DNA of 64,000 nucleotides from a virus, in the IMG/VR virus record IMGVR_UViG_3300028392_000030, positions 1 through 64,000 of that record, one strand, 5' to 3'. Of the stretch, positions 19,107 through 30,088 are shown one piece after another (within the stretch, counting starts at the first letter, position 1; each line of letters begins with the position of its first letter). The position numbers and the translations under genes are program-made. The notes under the pieces are model-generated. The model did not search any database. It was not told where the DNA came from and worked only from the letters and a program-made list of their open reading frames with translations.

Positions 19107-20084
19107 ATGAACCTAACTGAATTAATACGCTTACATAATCATTTGGAAGAGTTGACCATGCAAGATCTTCAATATGAATCTAGTAATAGATTCGAGTTGA
19201 TTATTGACCGGGTTGATGTGCCTCAGGCCGGAGTTGATTCAGGATTTCAACAAAGACTTAAAGAAAAAAATCATGCATTACAATCAGTATTTGTCAGTGT
19301 TGAAGAAGAATTAATAGACTTAAAATCTGAAGTATCGCGGTTAATTGCTGAACAAGGGCAAGCGTGGTTACATCGAAATTATACCGAATATGAAAGATAT
19401 TTAGAAACCGACTACGCACAAACCGAAGACTACCTAGGATTACATCGTAATAAACCAATTAGAAGAGATGCAGATACAGAATCAGTATTAAAAAGTCGAG
19501 TTGCTAGTCGATGCGACTGGAAGCATCCGTCAATGGTTATACATCCAATGTTGGAACCGTTTATACACGAAATGACAGCCAGCGATCCATTGTATCTCGT
19601 GGATGAAAGTCATTACTTGCTTGAGCCCACATTGGAACAATTTAACCCAGTATATAAAAATAGACTGCGACCTTATGTGATTAAAGAATCATTTAATCAT
19701 CCAATTTTAAATCGATTGCCTGATCAACAAATTGGTTTTTGTTTGGTCTACAACTATTTAGATTATCGTCCGTTTGAGTTGGTAAAAATATATCTTGAAG
19801 AAATTTATCAGAAGTTGTTGCCCGGCGGTGTTTTGGCCATGACCTTTAATGATTGTGATCGGCACCAGGCCATGCAAGCAGTTGAACAAGGTATTACTGG
19901 TTACACACCAGGCTCGTTGGTTAGAGGCTGGGCTGACTATTTAGGATTTGAAGAAATATTTTGTCACCAGACTGGTAGCCCTAGTGTGTGGATAGAATTT
20001 CAAAAATCAGGTGAGTTTACTTCATTGCGTGGTGGTCAAAGCCTGGCAAAAATATTACCTAAACCCGTTGCAAAATCTAAATAA
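19107..20084 (+). CDS. Class I methyltransferase-like protein with coiled-coil N-terminus
   Basis: YLEEIYQKLLPGGVLAMTF; start at ATG after polymerase stop. Confidence 0.55.
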   Translation: MNLTELIRLHNHLEELTMQDLQYESSNRFELIIDRVDVPQAGVDSGFQQRLKEKNHALQSVFVSVEEELIDLKSEVSRLIAEQGQAWLHRNYTEYERYLETDYAQTEDYLGLHRNKPIRRDADTESVLKSRVASRCDWKHPSMVIHPMLEPFIHEMTASDPLYLVDESHYLLEPTLEQFNPVYKNRLRPYVIKESFNHPILNRLPDQQIGFCLVYNYLDYRPFELVKIYLEEIYQKLLPGGVLAMTFNDCDRHQAMQAVEQGITGYTPGSLVRGWADYLGFEEIFCHQTGSPSVWIEFQKSGEFTSLRGGQSLAKILPKPVAKSK

Positions 20085-20096
20085 ACCCAGTATAAT
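20068..20096 (+). promoter_or_regulatory. Sigma70-type promoter with embedded TAAATA
   Basis: TTGCAA-17-TATAAT. Confidence 0.65.
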
Positions 20097-20115
20097 CAAA
20101 CACAAGGAGAAATAT

Positions 20116-20838
20116 ATGAAAGATCATTTACTAGACTTAGTAGAACACACATTGAAATTGGGTTGTATCGACCTGGTTAAGATCACAGGCGATGATAAGA
20201 CAACTGACATATTTGGTGTTGCCGAGGATCGTAGTGTAGTGGTAGAGGGCGAGTATGCCAACCCAGTCCCAGAATTCATTGGCCTGTTTGGTATGCCAAA
20301 CTTGGCAAAACTTAATATTCTTTTGAACCTTACAGAATATAAAGAAGGTGCTGAACTCAGTGTTACAAAGAAAGCCACAGGCGAGCCCGATGGCATTAGT
20401 TTTCAAAATGCCACTAAAGATTTTAAGAACACCTATCGCTTTATGGCATCGGAGATTGTAACTGAAAAGGCCAAGACTGTTAAATTCAAAGGTGTCAACT
20501 GGCACATCGAATTTGAACCCACAGTGTCCGCTATTCAACGCCTTAAGATGCAGGCACAGGCCAATGCTGAGGAAGTTAACTTCCAGGCCAAAACAGAAAA
20601 TGGTGATCTAAAGTTTTTCTTTGGCGACCATAGCACACACGCTGGCAACTTTGTATTCCAACCTGGTGTCAGCGGCACACTCAAACGCACATGGTCATGG
20701 CCCATCAAAACAGTTATCAGTATTCTGGACCTAACTGGTGACAAAGTTATGCGTATCAGTGATGATGGTGCGGCACAAATCACAGTTGACTCAGGATTGG
20801 CCACTTACACTTACATTATTCCAGCACAAAGCAAATAA
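20116..20838 (+). CDS. Sliding clamp (gp45-like)
   Basis: AGGAG SD; 240 aa; near polymerase; TYRF and ISDDG...VDSG..TYTYIIPA clamp-like segments. Confidence 0.65.
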   Translation: MKDHLLDLVEHTLKLGCIDLVKITGDDKTTDIFGVAEDRSVVVEGEYANPVPEFIGLFGMPNLAKLNILLNLTEYKEGAELSVTKKATGEPDGISFQNATKDFKNTYRFMASEIVTEKAKTVKFKGVNWHIEFEPTVSAIQRLKMQAQANAEEVNFQAKTENGDLKFFFGDHSTHAGNFVFQPGVSGTLKRTWSWPIKTVISILDLTGDKVMRISDDGAAQITVDSGLATYTYIIPAQSK

Positions 20839-21545
20839 TGAAGCGATTTGTAGTTTTAAATTTTTTACCAGGATCAGCCGGAAATTTTATCAGCAGATGT
20901 TTAAATTTGTTAACAGGATTTCATGTTTGGCAACCTAGAGACTCTCTGATGCCCACTGGTATTGATGAAAAACTCGATCAATTGAAATACACGGATGTTC
21001 TTAATTATCCAAATCAAGATAGAAAATATCGACTGAACTGGTCGAGATGGGAACATCATTTTGTAGCGTGTTGTAATGAGTTCAACCATACTGTTAAAGA
21101 TAGCGAGGTTGGAGTTATAGTCGAACATCCTAGTAATAAAATTGCTAGATACATTGATAAAAATGATAAGTTATTTGTTTTCTGTATTGACTCTACTAAC
21201 ATGTGGAATTGGATGATTGTAAGTGCCGAAATAAAAGAGTCTTTTCAGGCTATAAATTGGTTTAACGAATATAAACGAATGTTAGAGGATCCTGGTATTT
21301 TTAAAATAAATCTTAAAAATATAGTCAGCAGTCAAGAAACATTTGTTACAGAGTTTACAAAAATTTGCAATATCATCAACCACGATCTATCTGTAGAAGA
21401 ATTAGCTGCAGTAGTAATTCTATACAATCAATGGAAGACAACTACACCAAGCGATGAAATCGTGCGATCAAAAAAAGCCGAAATGCTTGCGTTAGTAGAT
21501 CGCTGGTACCATGAACTAATCGATAATTTAAATGGCCCAAGATAA
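20838..21545 (+). CDS. Sulfotransferase/P-loop-like hypothetical protein
   Basis: VLNFLPGSAGNFISRCL, similar to the 14577 N-terminus. Confidence 0.45.
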   Translation: MKRFVVLNFLPGSAGNFISRCLNLLTGFHVWQPRDSLMPTGIDEKLDQLKYTDVLNYPNQDRKYRLNWSRWEHHFVACCNEFNHTVKDSEVGVIVEHPSNKIARYIDKNDKLFVFCIDSTNMWNWMIVSAEIKESFQAINWFNEYKRMLEDPGIFKINLKNIVSSQETFVTEFTKICNIINHDLSVEELAAVVILYNQWKTTTPSDEIVRSKKAEMLALVDRWYHELIDNLNGPR

Positions 21546-23214
21546 TTTAACTGCTAAACAAAACGATTACGCTGTGTTTTTGCCGGCTATATCAGGCTTC
21601 TATGCCACTTACATAGGCAAACAACGCGATCCTGTAAACGGTCCTTATGTAGACCCAGCACGTATGCCAGCTGGTATGAAAGACATGGAACAGATGAATT
21701 GGCTTAATAGTTCTAAAGGTCTGTTTCCATACCGATGGAGTTTGTATTCAGGTGGTCACGCCAACTTGGATCTTACTAAGCAAGACTGGTCCGAAGACAT
21801 GGTGCGTAACCGTGAACCAGGCACATTAATGCTAGGTGACTCAGGTGGATTCCAGATTGCTAAGGGCCTGTGGGAAGGCGAGTGGCGTGATCCAACTAGC
21901 TCAGAGGTTGTGACCAAGATGGCCGAATTTCGGGCCAAGGGTATTGAACACGTGCCAGATCTCAAACCCGACGGCACAGCCAAGCATGACAAAAATGGTA
22001 ATATCAAGTATGTCAAGATCGATCATGCAAAAAATTATCAGAACTTGCTGGATGCCGCACAGAAGAAACGTGAAGCTGTGCTCAAATGGTTAGACGGAAT
22101 TGCCAACTACGGAATGACACTAGATATTCCTACCTGGGTTATTCATGACAAGAAAGCCAGCGATGCCTGTGGTATTACCACCTTAGAAGAGGCTGTAGCG
22201 GCCACCAAGTATAACAACGACTACTACATGCGTCATCGCAAAGGTGCTCGGAATGGTGGCATGAAAGTGCTTAACGTGTTACAAGGTGCCAACCATGCCG
22301 ATGCAGATCGTTGGTATGACACAATGAAGCACTATTGTGATCCCAACATGTATCCTGACACACACTTTGATGGTTGGAGCATGGGTGGGCAGAACATGTG
22401 TGACGTTCACTTGGTATTGCGTAGACTTGTGGCATTGCGTCACGATGGATTACTTCAAGAAGGCATTCACGATTGGATGCACTTCTTAGGAACAAGTAAA
22501 TTAGAGTGGGCAGTATTACTAACAGACATCCAAAGAGCTGTGCGTAAGTATGTGAATCCAGCATTTACCATCAGTTTCGACTGTGCGTCACCGTTCCTGG
22601 CTACGGCAAATGGTCAGGTATATCATCATATCGATCTTCCGCACAACGACAAATGGTGCTATAGAATGAGTCCTATTGTAGACGACAAGAAATACAGCAC
22701 AGATACTCGTCCATTTGGTCAGGCAGTGGTAGCCGATAGACTGATTGATCATTTTGATGAAAGTCCGATCAGCCTACAACTGCAAATGAAGGACATTTGT
22801 TATTACAAGCCAGGTGACCTAAACAAGATTGGCAAAGAAGGCAAGACTAGTTGGGATAGTTTCAGTTATGCACTACTGATGGGCCATAATGTTTGGATGC
22901 ATCTCGAAGCAGTTCAACGTGCCAACCGTGAATATGACAACGGATCATGGCCGGCTATGATGTGGAATCAAAACGGAGACCATGCTCGTTTCAAAGACAT
23001 AGTAGATGCTATTTTTGCCACCGCAGATCGCGCCGAAGCCGAAGCTATTATCGAACACTATGATCGTTATTGGATGGACATTGTAGGCACTAGAGGATTC
23101 AAAGGCAAAAAAGCCAAAAATGCACACAGTCAGTTTAATGCATTGTTTGAAGAAGTTGAAGATGAAGATATCGAGTTTGATCAATCTAAATTAGATCAAC
23201 TCGAAGCATCATGA
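21532..23214 (+). CDS. dpdA: TGT-fold DNA deazaguanine transglycosylase (DpdA-like)
   Basis: DSGGFQI, LDIP, VLQG, GWSMGG, HFLG, SFDCASP TGT motifs; FolE/QueD/QueE in the same region. Confidence 0.8.
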   Translation: MAQDNLTAKQNDYAVFLPAISGFYATYIGKQRDPVNGPYVDPARMPAGMKDMEQMNWLNSSKGLFPYRWSLYSGGHANLDLTKQDWSEDMVRNREPGTLMLGDSGGFQIAKGLWEGEWRDPTSSEVVTKMAEFRAKGIEHVPDLKPDGTAKHDKNGNIKYVKIDHAKNYQNLLDAAQKKREAVLKWLDGIANYGMTLDIPTWVIHDKKASDACGITTLEEAVAATKYNNDYYMRHRKGARNGGMKVLNVLQGANHADADRWYDTMKHYCDPNMYPDTHFDGWSMGGQNMCDVHLVLRRLVALRHDGLLQEGIHDWMHFLGTSKLEWAVLLTDIQRAVRKYVNPAFTISFDCASPFLATANGQVYHHIDLPHNDKWCYRMSPIVDDKKYSTDTRPFGQAVVADRLIDHFDESPISLQLQMKDICYYKPGDLNKIGKEGKTSWDSFSYALLMGHNVWMHLEAVQRANREYDNGSWPAMMWNQNGDHARFKDIVDAIFATADRAEAEAIIEHYDRYWMDIVGTRGFKGKKAKNAHSQFNALFEEVEDEDIEFDQSKLDQLEAS

Positions 23215-24272
23215 GGGAAAACTTCTGCGCAGCACCATGGGCAGGATTAAGTTTAGATCCCGACGGCCGTGGTAAAGTATGTTGCATTAACACAGCAACC
23301 GTGCCGATTGAACAGTTTAAGGATGTCAAAAATAATCCTGTGTTTACAGATATAAGAAAATCTGTAATTGACGATAAACAACATCCAAGTTGTCAAACCT
23401 GTTGGGATCGAGAAGCCAGCGGCGATGTCAATAGTCGTAGAAGCATATATCAATACGACAATTTTTTTCATAACCTCAACGGTGCTGATTCTTTTCAACT
23501 GGAGCATTTAGATCTGCGTTGGAGCAATACCTGTAATCTCAATTGTGTGTATTGTGGTCCCAGTTGGAGTAGTAAATGGGCCGAACTCAAAGGAGTGACT
23601 CGAAAGTTTCGAATATTTCCAACTGTCAGTGACGTAGATCTAATCAATTTGAAATTTCTGCAATTGGCTGGCGGTGAACCGTTTTTGATTAAAGAAAATT
23701 TTGATTTACTTGAACGTTTGTCAAAGATCAATCCATTTATCAAAATTGAAGTGACAACCAATTTAACATCAATTCGCAATAATAAAATTTACCAACTGTT
23801 AAAAAACTTTGCTAACGTAACGTTTATAGTTAGTTTTGAGAGCACTGGTTGTCGATTCGAATATATTCGCAATGGGGCTGTTTGGACCGAGTTTAAATCT
23901 AATTTAGAACAACTGTCCAGAGATTTTTCAGACATCCAAACAAATATGGTTTATTTTCCATTGAGTGCTGTTGGCATCGGTGAAGCCATTGATGTTGCGC
24001 TTGAATACACAGGTCCGGACAATATTTTTATTGTTAGCCAATCTGGAGGGCATGGATTTGACTTTGTAGGGCAAAATGTGTTACAATCTGTAAATCACAA
24101 CAACATTGAATACAGTAAGCAACTACCAATGCCGCTGCAAAAAAGATTACTAGATCAAATACACTTGGCTCAAAGTCAAAGAAAAACTACACATCTTCCT
24201 CGGTATGAAGAATTTGATCAACTAACAAATCAAAATCACCGTTCAATTTTTCCGGAATTATATAATGAATAG
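23211..24272 (+). CDS. Radical SAM protein with N-terminal twitch/SPASM domain
   Basis: CAAPW...CC...CQTCW; CNLNCVYC; GGEP; TTN. Confidence 0.85.
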   Translation: MRENFCAAPWAGLSLDPDGRGKVCCINTATVPIEQFKDVKNNPVFTDIRKSVIDDKQHPSCQTCWDREASGDVNSRRSIYQYDNFFHNLNGADSFQLEHLDLRWSNTCNLNCVYCGPSWSSKWAELKGVTRKFRIFPTVSDVDLINLKFLQLAGGEPFLIKENFDLLERLSKINPFIKIEVTTNLTSIRNNKIYQLLKNFANVTFIVSFESTGCRFEYIRNGAVWTEFKSNLEQLSRDFSDIQTNMVYFPLSAVGIGEAIDVALEYTGPDNIFIVSQSGGHGFDFVGQNVLQSVNHNNIEYSKQLPMPLQKRLLDQIHLAQSQRKTTHLPRYEEFDQLTNQNHRSIFPELYNE

Positions 24273-24804
24273 ACCCGAGCATGATAATGTTAAATTTTTT
24301 GTTGGCACCGAAGTTGAACATACTCCTGCCTACGGTAAGAAAACTCTATTTGTAGTTGGTATTCAAGACTATCATAAAATTATTGAAATAGTACGGGATT
24401 CTCGCGCACTACTAGATACCAGTCAACATATTGAACATGTGTATTTTGGAGCAAACATGAGTTTCCCTTGTCTTGCGGTAAACGATGGTGCAGGCTGGGC
24501 TCCGTGGGAAACTATGATTCATTCGGTATTGGAACGTAACATTCTATGTACCTTGGACATTGATAGCACTTGTGTAGAAGGCCTGTTGGAAAGTGGATTG
24601 ACCGAGAACCATAACTTTATTCCAATGATTTCAGTAAAGTTGCCCTACATCAATCAATTGGGTTATAATGCTACACTTAAACTGGACGACAAGGACTTTC
24701 GAGCAACCAATCCCGGAGTATGGTGTCACAGCCTACACGACTTGCAAAAACGATCAGTGTTTACAGACTGGTCTAAATACACACAAGATGAGGTAATAAA
24801 ATGA
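24265..24804 (+). CDS. Hypothetical protein in deazaguanine cluster
   Basis: 179-aa ORF coupled to neighbours. Confidence 0.7.
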   Translation: MNRPEHDNVKFFVGTEVEHTPAYGKKTLFVVGIQDYHKIIEIVRDSRALLDTSQHIEHVYFGANMSFPCLAVNDGAGWAPWETMIHSVLERNILCTLDIDSTCVEGLLESGLTENHNFIPMISVKLPYINQLGYNATLKLDDKDFRATNPGVWCHSLHDLQKRSVFTDWSKYTQDEVIK

Positions 24805-25133
24805 TTAGATGGTTATGGTCAAACTTGATGAAATGGGGTTGGGATTTCAATCGCGACGTTAGAGGATATGAGGAAGAACCCAAGGTTCGTCGAAGAGGAC
24901 GTGGTGCCGTGCCTAGTTCTCTTGCCATCTGTGATGATGAGACCAACAAAATCGACTTACCGGATCCTATCAGGTTCAGTGTGCAGGCTGTCAATGGTGG
25001 CACGATCATTGAAACTCGTTGGTATGATCAACGGAAAGACGAAAGTCGTGTCAAATTACATATCGTCACTTCTGACCAAGACTTGTCAGAATCAATTGGT
25101 AAAATTGTAACTATGGAGTTATTGCAAAAATGA
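24801..25133 (+). CDS. Hypothetical protein
   Basis: ORF with ATGA overlaps. Confidence 0.65.
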   Translation: MIRWLWSNLMKWGWDFNRDVRGYEEEPKVRRRGRGAVPSSLAICDDETNKIDLPDPIRFSVQAVNGGTIIETRWYDQRKDESRVKLHIVTSDQDLSESIGKIVTMELLQK

Positions 25134-25573
25134 TACAAGAACAAAGAGAAACTGTTGAACGCATCAAAGATGCCGCAGGTCGTCAAATTTGGGTTACATT
25201 CCGAAAAGAAGGCATTCACTGCTATCCGGCGGCAGCAACTGATCCACAACTGGCCACCGGAGATGAATACGATGTTAGCTTTTTGGCTAGTCCGCATCGT
25301 CACATATTCCATTTTAAAGTGTCAATTGATGTGTTCCATAATGATCGAGACATTGAATTTATTCAATTCAAACGTTGGTTGGAAAACTTATACAAAGACG
25401 GTGTGTTGCAACTCAACTACAAGAGCTGTGAAATGATTGCAGACGACCTATATGTCCAAATTGCTGCACGTTATCCCAGTCGTTGTGTTACAATTGAAGT
25501 GTCCGAGGACGGTGAAAACGGATGTTCGATCGCTTATAATCTCACCCGTCCTGCTCAATCAATCGTAATTTAA
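25130..25573 (+). CDS. QueD-like T-fold protein, DpdL-like (candidate CDG decarboxylase)
   Basis: LASPHRHIF = LxxxHRHxF; DRDIEF; SCEMIA; distinct from canonical QueD at 34600. Confidence 0.65.
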   Translation: MIQEQRETVERIKDAAGRQIWVTFRKEGIHCYPAAATDPQLATGDEYDVSFLASPHRHIFHFKVSIDVFHNDRDIEFIQFKRWLENLYKDGVLQLNYKSCEMIADDLYVQIAARYPSRCVTIEVSEDGENGCSIAYNLTRPAQSIVI

Positions 25574-25584
25574 AAGGAACTATC

Positions 25585-25809
25585 ATGGGTAAATCCCAAT
25601 ATCGTACAAACCCCCGAGCCCTTCAAGCCTTTGAAGATTTGTCAAACTACTTGGAATTCTGTAAGGACTACGGCTACCGGTATCGAGAAGAAGATTTATA
25701 CAACTTTCGCAGTTATGCTTGGCAACAGTATAACAAGTTTGCACAGGGCAAACATGCCAAGAACATGTGGGACGAAGATGCTCGTAGATTTGCAGGTATT
25801 CGTCGATAA
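25585..25809 (+). CDS. Hypothetical protein
   Basis: AAGGA SD; 74 aa. Confidence 0.7.
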   Translation: MGKSQYRTNPRALQAFEDLSNYLEFCKDYGYRYREEDLYNFRSYAWQQYNKFAQGKHAKNMWDEDARRFAGIRR

Positions 25810-26525
25810 TGCTGTATGTCAACGGCGACAGTTGGACTTGGAATAAAAATTTACAACTGGAAACTCTTTGGTCCAATGTAGTAGCTAAAAAAATAAACAA
25901 ATCTTGTTACAATGAAGCTATGGGATGTGGTAGTAATTCTAGAATAGTCGATTGTTTAAGAAATCAACTTATTTTTGGATTAAAACCAGACTTAATTATA
26001 ATAGCATTAACGGCTCATAATCGATTTCATGTGCCTGCTGAAAATTTTGGTGCATGGAGTATTAGTCCTAGTGTTGCTCGCAATGATCGCGGTAGCGAGG
26101 CCAATGAGCAACTTAAAAATATATTAATTAAGCATTGTTACAATGAAGTAGATAGTGTATATAGATATTATCGAGACATATGGACCATGGATCTACTTTG
26201 TAAACAATTCAACTGTCCATATATTTTTGTTCAATGTTGGGACAGAGAACTGGAAGAATTGGGGTTGCTTCAATCTACTGAAAATATTTATAATTATGTA
26301 AACAAGAAGTATCCAAAAAAAACATATTATTCTCAAGAATATATTCGTGCGTTTGAAAAACTTAGAGAATTAAGTAAAGATTGGCCATATACCGAAACGG
26401 CTTTGAGTAAATTACTAGATGACAGTGTTGACTATGACGAAACCCATCACCCCAACGATCAAGGACATCGCAAGATAGCCGATAAAATTTTAGAACTATT
26501 GGAAGAAAGGTATTACAATGCGTAA
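25809..26525 (+). CDS. SGNH/GDSL-like hydrolase
   Basis: VNGDSW, GCGSN, DETHHPN. Confidence 0.65.
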   Translation: MLYVNGDSWTWNKNLQLETLWSNVVAKKINKSCYNEAMGCGSNSRIVDCLRNQLIFGLKPDLIIIALTAHNRFHVPAENFGAWSISPSVARNDRGSEANEQLKNILIKHCYNEVDSVYRYYRDIWTMDLLCKQFNCPYIFVQCWDRELEELGLLQSTENIYNYVNKKYPKKTYYSQEYIRAFEKLRELSKDWPYTETALSKLLDDSVDYDETHHPNDQGHRKIADKILELLEERYYNA

Positions 26526-27756
26526 ATTATTTTACATGGGCCTGGAAAGTTACGAAGCCCGTTACACATTACAATTGACTGAGTGGAATCGACGTGTGTT
26601 TGATCAACGTGGACTAGATGTAGTCTATGTTCCTGGCACTACCATTGATAACACACAAAGTATCAGTGTAGGACAGGTGCTAGATGCACATGGCCGCAGT
26701 TATTTTGGCATGAGCCAAATGATGAATCTAGTTCAAATGATGCGTAATGGAGAAGTCACACATGAAGATGTTATCTACTTTGAAGACATGTTTCAACCCG
26801 GTATCGAGAGTCTACCTTATATTATGGACCAGATCCCTCAAAATGCTCGGCCTCGTGTGTTTGTTCGCTGTCTTGCTCAATCCATTGATCCTGATGATTT
26901 CGTACATGTATGGGGTATGGCACGATGGATGGGACTCTACGAACAAATGGTTAATGAGTTTGTTACAGGAGTTCTCGCCACAAACGAAGAAATGGTTGCT
27001 CATATGCGGATTGCTGGATGGAGTGCTCCTATATATAATATTAGTGGCCTAGCATTTGGCAAGGCAGAAGTGTTAGAACGTATTGGTGGCGTTCAAAATA
27101 TCAAGCCATTTAACAAGCGTCAGATGCGTGTGGGCTTTGCTGCCCGCTTTGACCAAGAGAAACAACCAGGCTTCTTTATGGACTTGATTGAAATGTATTA
27201 CATTCAAGGCCGTCAAAAGGATATTGAATTTGCTGTGTTCTCGGGTGGCCCATTACGCAGTAATAATCCTGAGTATGTGGCTCGTGCTCGTCAGTTAGCT
27301 GGTGAAGGCAAACTGACAATCTATGAAAACTTAACCAAGAACGACTACTATGCTCTCCTTAACGATACTCGTGTGCTGTTCAATTGTGCTCTACAAGATT
27401 GGGTCTCGAACACTGTGTCTGAAGCAGATACCCTCGGAGCCAACGTTCTATATCCTGCTTATCGCAGTTTCCCTGAAACTTTTGCAGATGATCCTAACAG
27501 GCTCTACGTTCCTTGGTCAATAGATGATGCGTATCACAAGTTAGAAAACTTGTTGCAAACGCCACATCACAACATGGGCTTGATCTCTGATTGGAACGAT
27601 GGAAGCATTGATCGTATCTGTGACATTATTGAAACTGCTGGTACTATTGTGGAAGGCTCTGCAGAATGCAAGGCTACCAAGTGGAATCGTTCTGGCAACA
27701 GATATCGAGACCATGTGAGTCAATCCAAGTATCCGGTAAGGAAAATTGAAGGATGA
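26518..27756 (+). CDS. GT-B fold glycosyltransferase
   Basis: VGFAARFDQEKQPGFF and QDWVSNTVSEA...LYP..RSFPE donor-binding region. Confidence 0.75.
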   Translation: MRKLFYMGLESYEARYTLQLTEWNRRVFDQRGLDVVYVPGTTIDNTQSISVGQVLDAHGRSYFGMSQMMNLVQMMRNGEVTHEDVIYFEDMFQPGIESLPYIMDQIPQNARPRVFVRCLAQSIDPDDFVHVWGMARWMGLYEQMVNEFVTGVLATNEEMVAHMRIAGWSAPIYNISGLAFGKAEVLERIGGVQNIKPFNKRQMRVGFAARFDQEKQPGFFMDLIEMYYIQGRQKDIEFAVFSGGPLRSNNPEYVARARQLAGEGKLTIYENLTKNDYYALLNDTRVLFNCALQDWVSNTVSEADTLGANVLYPAYRSFPETFADDPNRLYVPWSIDDAYHKLENLLQTPHHNMGLISDWNDGSIDRICDIIETAGTIVEGSAECKATKWNRSGNRYRDHVSQSKYPVRKIEG

Positions 27757-28499
27757 CCACCAAGCTATTGGTCACTGGTGGTTGCAGTTTTACAATGCCT
27801 GATGAAAATTCTCCAAGAAAATGGCCAGTTCAACTAGCTGATCATTTGGATGTGCCATTTATAAACACAGCCCTTCAGTCTCAAGGAAATGGAATGATCA
27901 GTAGAAAGATCATACATCAAGTTACTGAGACTTTGAAAACCAACAACGCTTCGGATATTTTAGTTGGTATCATGTGGAGTGGTCCAGATAGACACGATTT
28001 TTATCTAAATAACAATGATAAAAATATTGATGATCATCCTGATTATCTCCACACAAGTTTATCACCCACTACAAATAAAAAATGGATTATACTAAATGCT
28101 CATTGGAAAAATCATTATGCCAAGTCCTATTACAGCACATTCCATGACGATATAGGTTCACTCATTTACACTTATGAGCACATACTTAGAGTGCAATGGT
28201 TTTTGAAATTACATAAGATTCGATACTTTATGACTACGTATATGGGAACTGTGTTTTATAATCAAAATAAGTTGTTTCAAAATAAAATCTTAAGACATGC
28301 TGATACAGCACATCTATACAATCAAATTGATCATGATCAGTTTTTGCCAATTAACGGACAATATGAGTGGGCTGTAGACACAGGATTACCATTTTTTCCG
28401 TGCAAGTGGGGAGTCGATGATCATCCTACCACTGAGCACAACGAAAAATTTGTCAATGAAATTATTATACCGTTTTTGCTGAGAAAAAATTATATATGA
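27753..28499 (+). CDS. SGNH/GDSL-like hydrolase
   Basis: TGGCSFT, SQGN, DDHPT. Confidence 0.6.
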   Translation: MTTKLLVTGGCSFTMPDENSPRKWPVQLADHLDVPFINTALQSQGNGMISRKIIHQVTETLKTNNASDILVGIMWSGPDRHDFYLNNNDKNIDDHPDYLHTSLSPTTNKKWIILNAHWKNHYAKSYYSTFHDDIGSLIYTYEHILRVQWFLKLHKIRYFMTTYMGTVFYNQNKLFQNKILRHADTAHLYNQIDHDQFLPINGQYEWAVDTGLPFFPCKWGVDDHPTTEHNEKFVNEIIIPFLLRKNYI

Positions 28500-29443
28500 G
28501 AGTAATTGTAACTGGCGGTGCTGGATTCATTGGTGGTGAAACTGTTCTTAAATTGCTAGATGCTGGGCACAGTGTCTACGCAATTGATCGTGTCGTGCCC
28601 AGTGAGCGGTTACTTGACTCAGGTGCCAAATGGCTCACCGGAGATTTCAGCGGCGATGTTGCGCTGGATTCGATTGTGTTGTTTAATCCAGATGCTATCA
28701 TTCATTGTGCAGGCACAAGTTTAGTAGGTCCCAGTGTAAAGGATCCTGCCGAATACTACGACAACAATTTTGTCAAAACTAAACGGCTATTGGATCGGTT
28801 GATACAATACAAGATCAGTGCCAGATTTATTTTTAGTTCAAGTGCCGCAACGTATGGCAATCCTATCATGACTCCGATACAGGAGGTCGATCCTACTGAA
28901 CCTATTAGCCCGTATGGCGAAAGCAAGTTGATGACCGATTGGATGTTGAAGAGTTATCATCAGGCTTATGGATTGGACTTTGTGTCATTTCGTTACTTTA
29001 ATGCGTGTGGCGCCGACAGTCAAGGTCGTCATGGACAAGCACCTGGTGCTACACACATTGTGGCTCGCATACTAGAAAGTGTGCGTGACGGCCGCGACTT
29101 TACCATGTATGGCACTGATTACCCTACCGAAGATGGCACCTGCGTTCGTGATTACATCCATGTAGAAGATTTAGCCGAGGCACATATTGCGGCCATTGAC
29201 CCTGCTGTCAAATCAGACATATACAATTTAGGCACCAACCAAGGCCATAGCAATTTACAAATATTACAAGCAGCATCTACTGTGCTGAAACGAGACATTG
29301 CTTATCTACACGGACCAAAACGTGCAGGCGACCCAGCTCAACTGATAGCAGATGCCAACAAATTTATGACCGCAAGTGGCTGGCAACCACGATTTGGATT
29401 AACTGATATCATACAACACGTATGGACCTGGTACGATCAATGA
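28496..29443 (+). CDS. galE: UDP-glucose 4-epimerase
   Basis: TGGAGFIG, SSSAATYG, YGESK, RYFNACGA, RDYIHV. Confidence 0.9.
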   Translation: MRVIVTGGAGFIGGETVLKLLDAGHSVYAIDRVVPSERLLDSGAKWLTGDFSGDVALDSIVLFNPDAIIHCAGTSLVGPSVKDPAEYYDNNFVKTKRLLDRLIQYKISARFIFSSSAATYGNPIMTPIQEVDPTEPISPYGESKLMTDWMLKSYHQAYGLDFVSFRYFNACGADSQGRHGQAPGATHIVARILESVRDGRDFTMYGTDYPTEDGTCVRDYIHVEDLAEAHIAAIDPAVKSDIYNLGTNQGHSNLQILQAASTVLKRDIAYLHGPKRAGDPAQLIADANKFMTASGWQPRFGLTDIIQHVWTWYDQ

Positions 29444-30018
29444 GCTTTAAGACCTTGTTTGACTTTGAATCGGCATTGGCCGAATACACCGGTGCTCCTT
29501 ATGTGGTTGTAACTGATGGTTGCACCCATGCCATCGAACTGTGTATGCGGTATGAGGGTGTTAAAGAATGTCAATTTTCTGCCTACACCTATCTCAGCGT
29601 ACCAATGGCATTGACTCATCTGGGCATAGATTACACCATGACTGACGAGGCCTGGACCGGCGAATATCATTTTATAAACACTCGTATATGGGACAGTGCC
29701 CGTCGACTGGAAAGAAACATGTATCGACCTGGCTCAATGCAGTGTCTCAGTTTTGGATGGACCAAACCATTACAATTAGGAAAGATGGGTGCTATACTGC
29801 TTGATGATCCTGAAGCATATCGCATAATGAGTCGTCAACGTTCAGATGGCCGTGACCTGCATTTACCTTGGCAAAAAGAAACCGAACTAATACTAGGTTG
29901 GCATTACTGCCCTACCTTGGAATTGTGTGCAAAGGGATTGGAATTGTTGCCCGTTATCGAACCAAAAGCACAACCTGGAATCTATCCTGATTGCAGAAAA
30001 ATTACATTTAACCATTGA
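29440..30018 (+). CDS. Short DegT/DnrJ/EryC1/StrS PLP aminotransferase-like protein
   Basis: CTHAIEL, DSA, SFGWTKPL; only ~190 aa. Confidence 0.7.
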   Translation: MSFKTLFDFESALAEYTGAPYVVVTDGCTHAIELCMRYEGVKECQFSAYTYLSVPMALTHLGIDYTMTDEAWTGEYHFINTRIWDSARRLERNMYRPGSMQCLSFGWTKPLQLGKMGAILLDDPEAYRIMSRQRSDGRDLHLPWQKETELILGWHYCPTLELCAKGLELLPVIEPKAQPGIYPDCRKITFNH

Positions 30019-30043
30019 TTTAAATCTAAATACCTGTTACAAT
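30015..30043 (+). promoter_or_regulatory. Sigma70-type promoter for folE
   Basis: TTGATT-17-TACAAT with embedded TAAATA. Confidence 0.55.
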
Positions 30044-30088
30044 ATCAACATGACTGGTCATCCTCGACCCTAACTCGGAGAATAAAAA

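Noticed and set aside
21532-23214. tRNA-acting Tgt for queuosine
   Set aside because: Lacks the CxCxxC Zn site of bacterial Tgt and is highly diverged; DNA-acting DpdA fits better, though not proven.
30045-30088. THF-II or preQ1 riboswitch before folE
   Set aside because: Only a 4-bp GGTC/GACC hairpin and a partial AACTCG match; required helices are absent.
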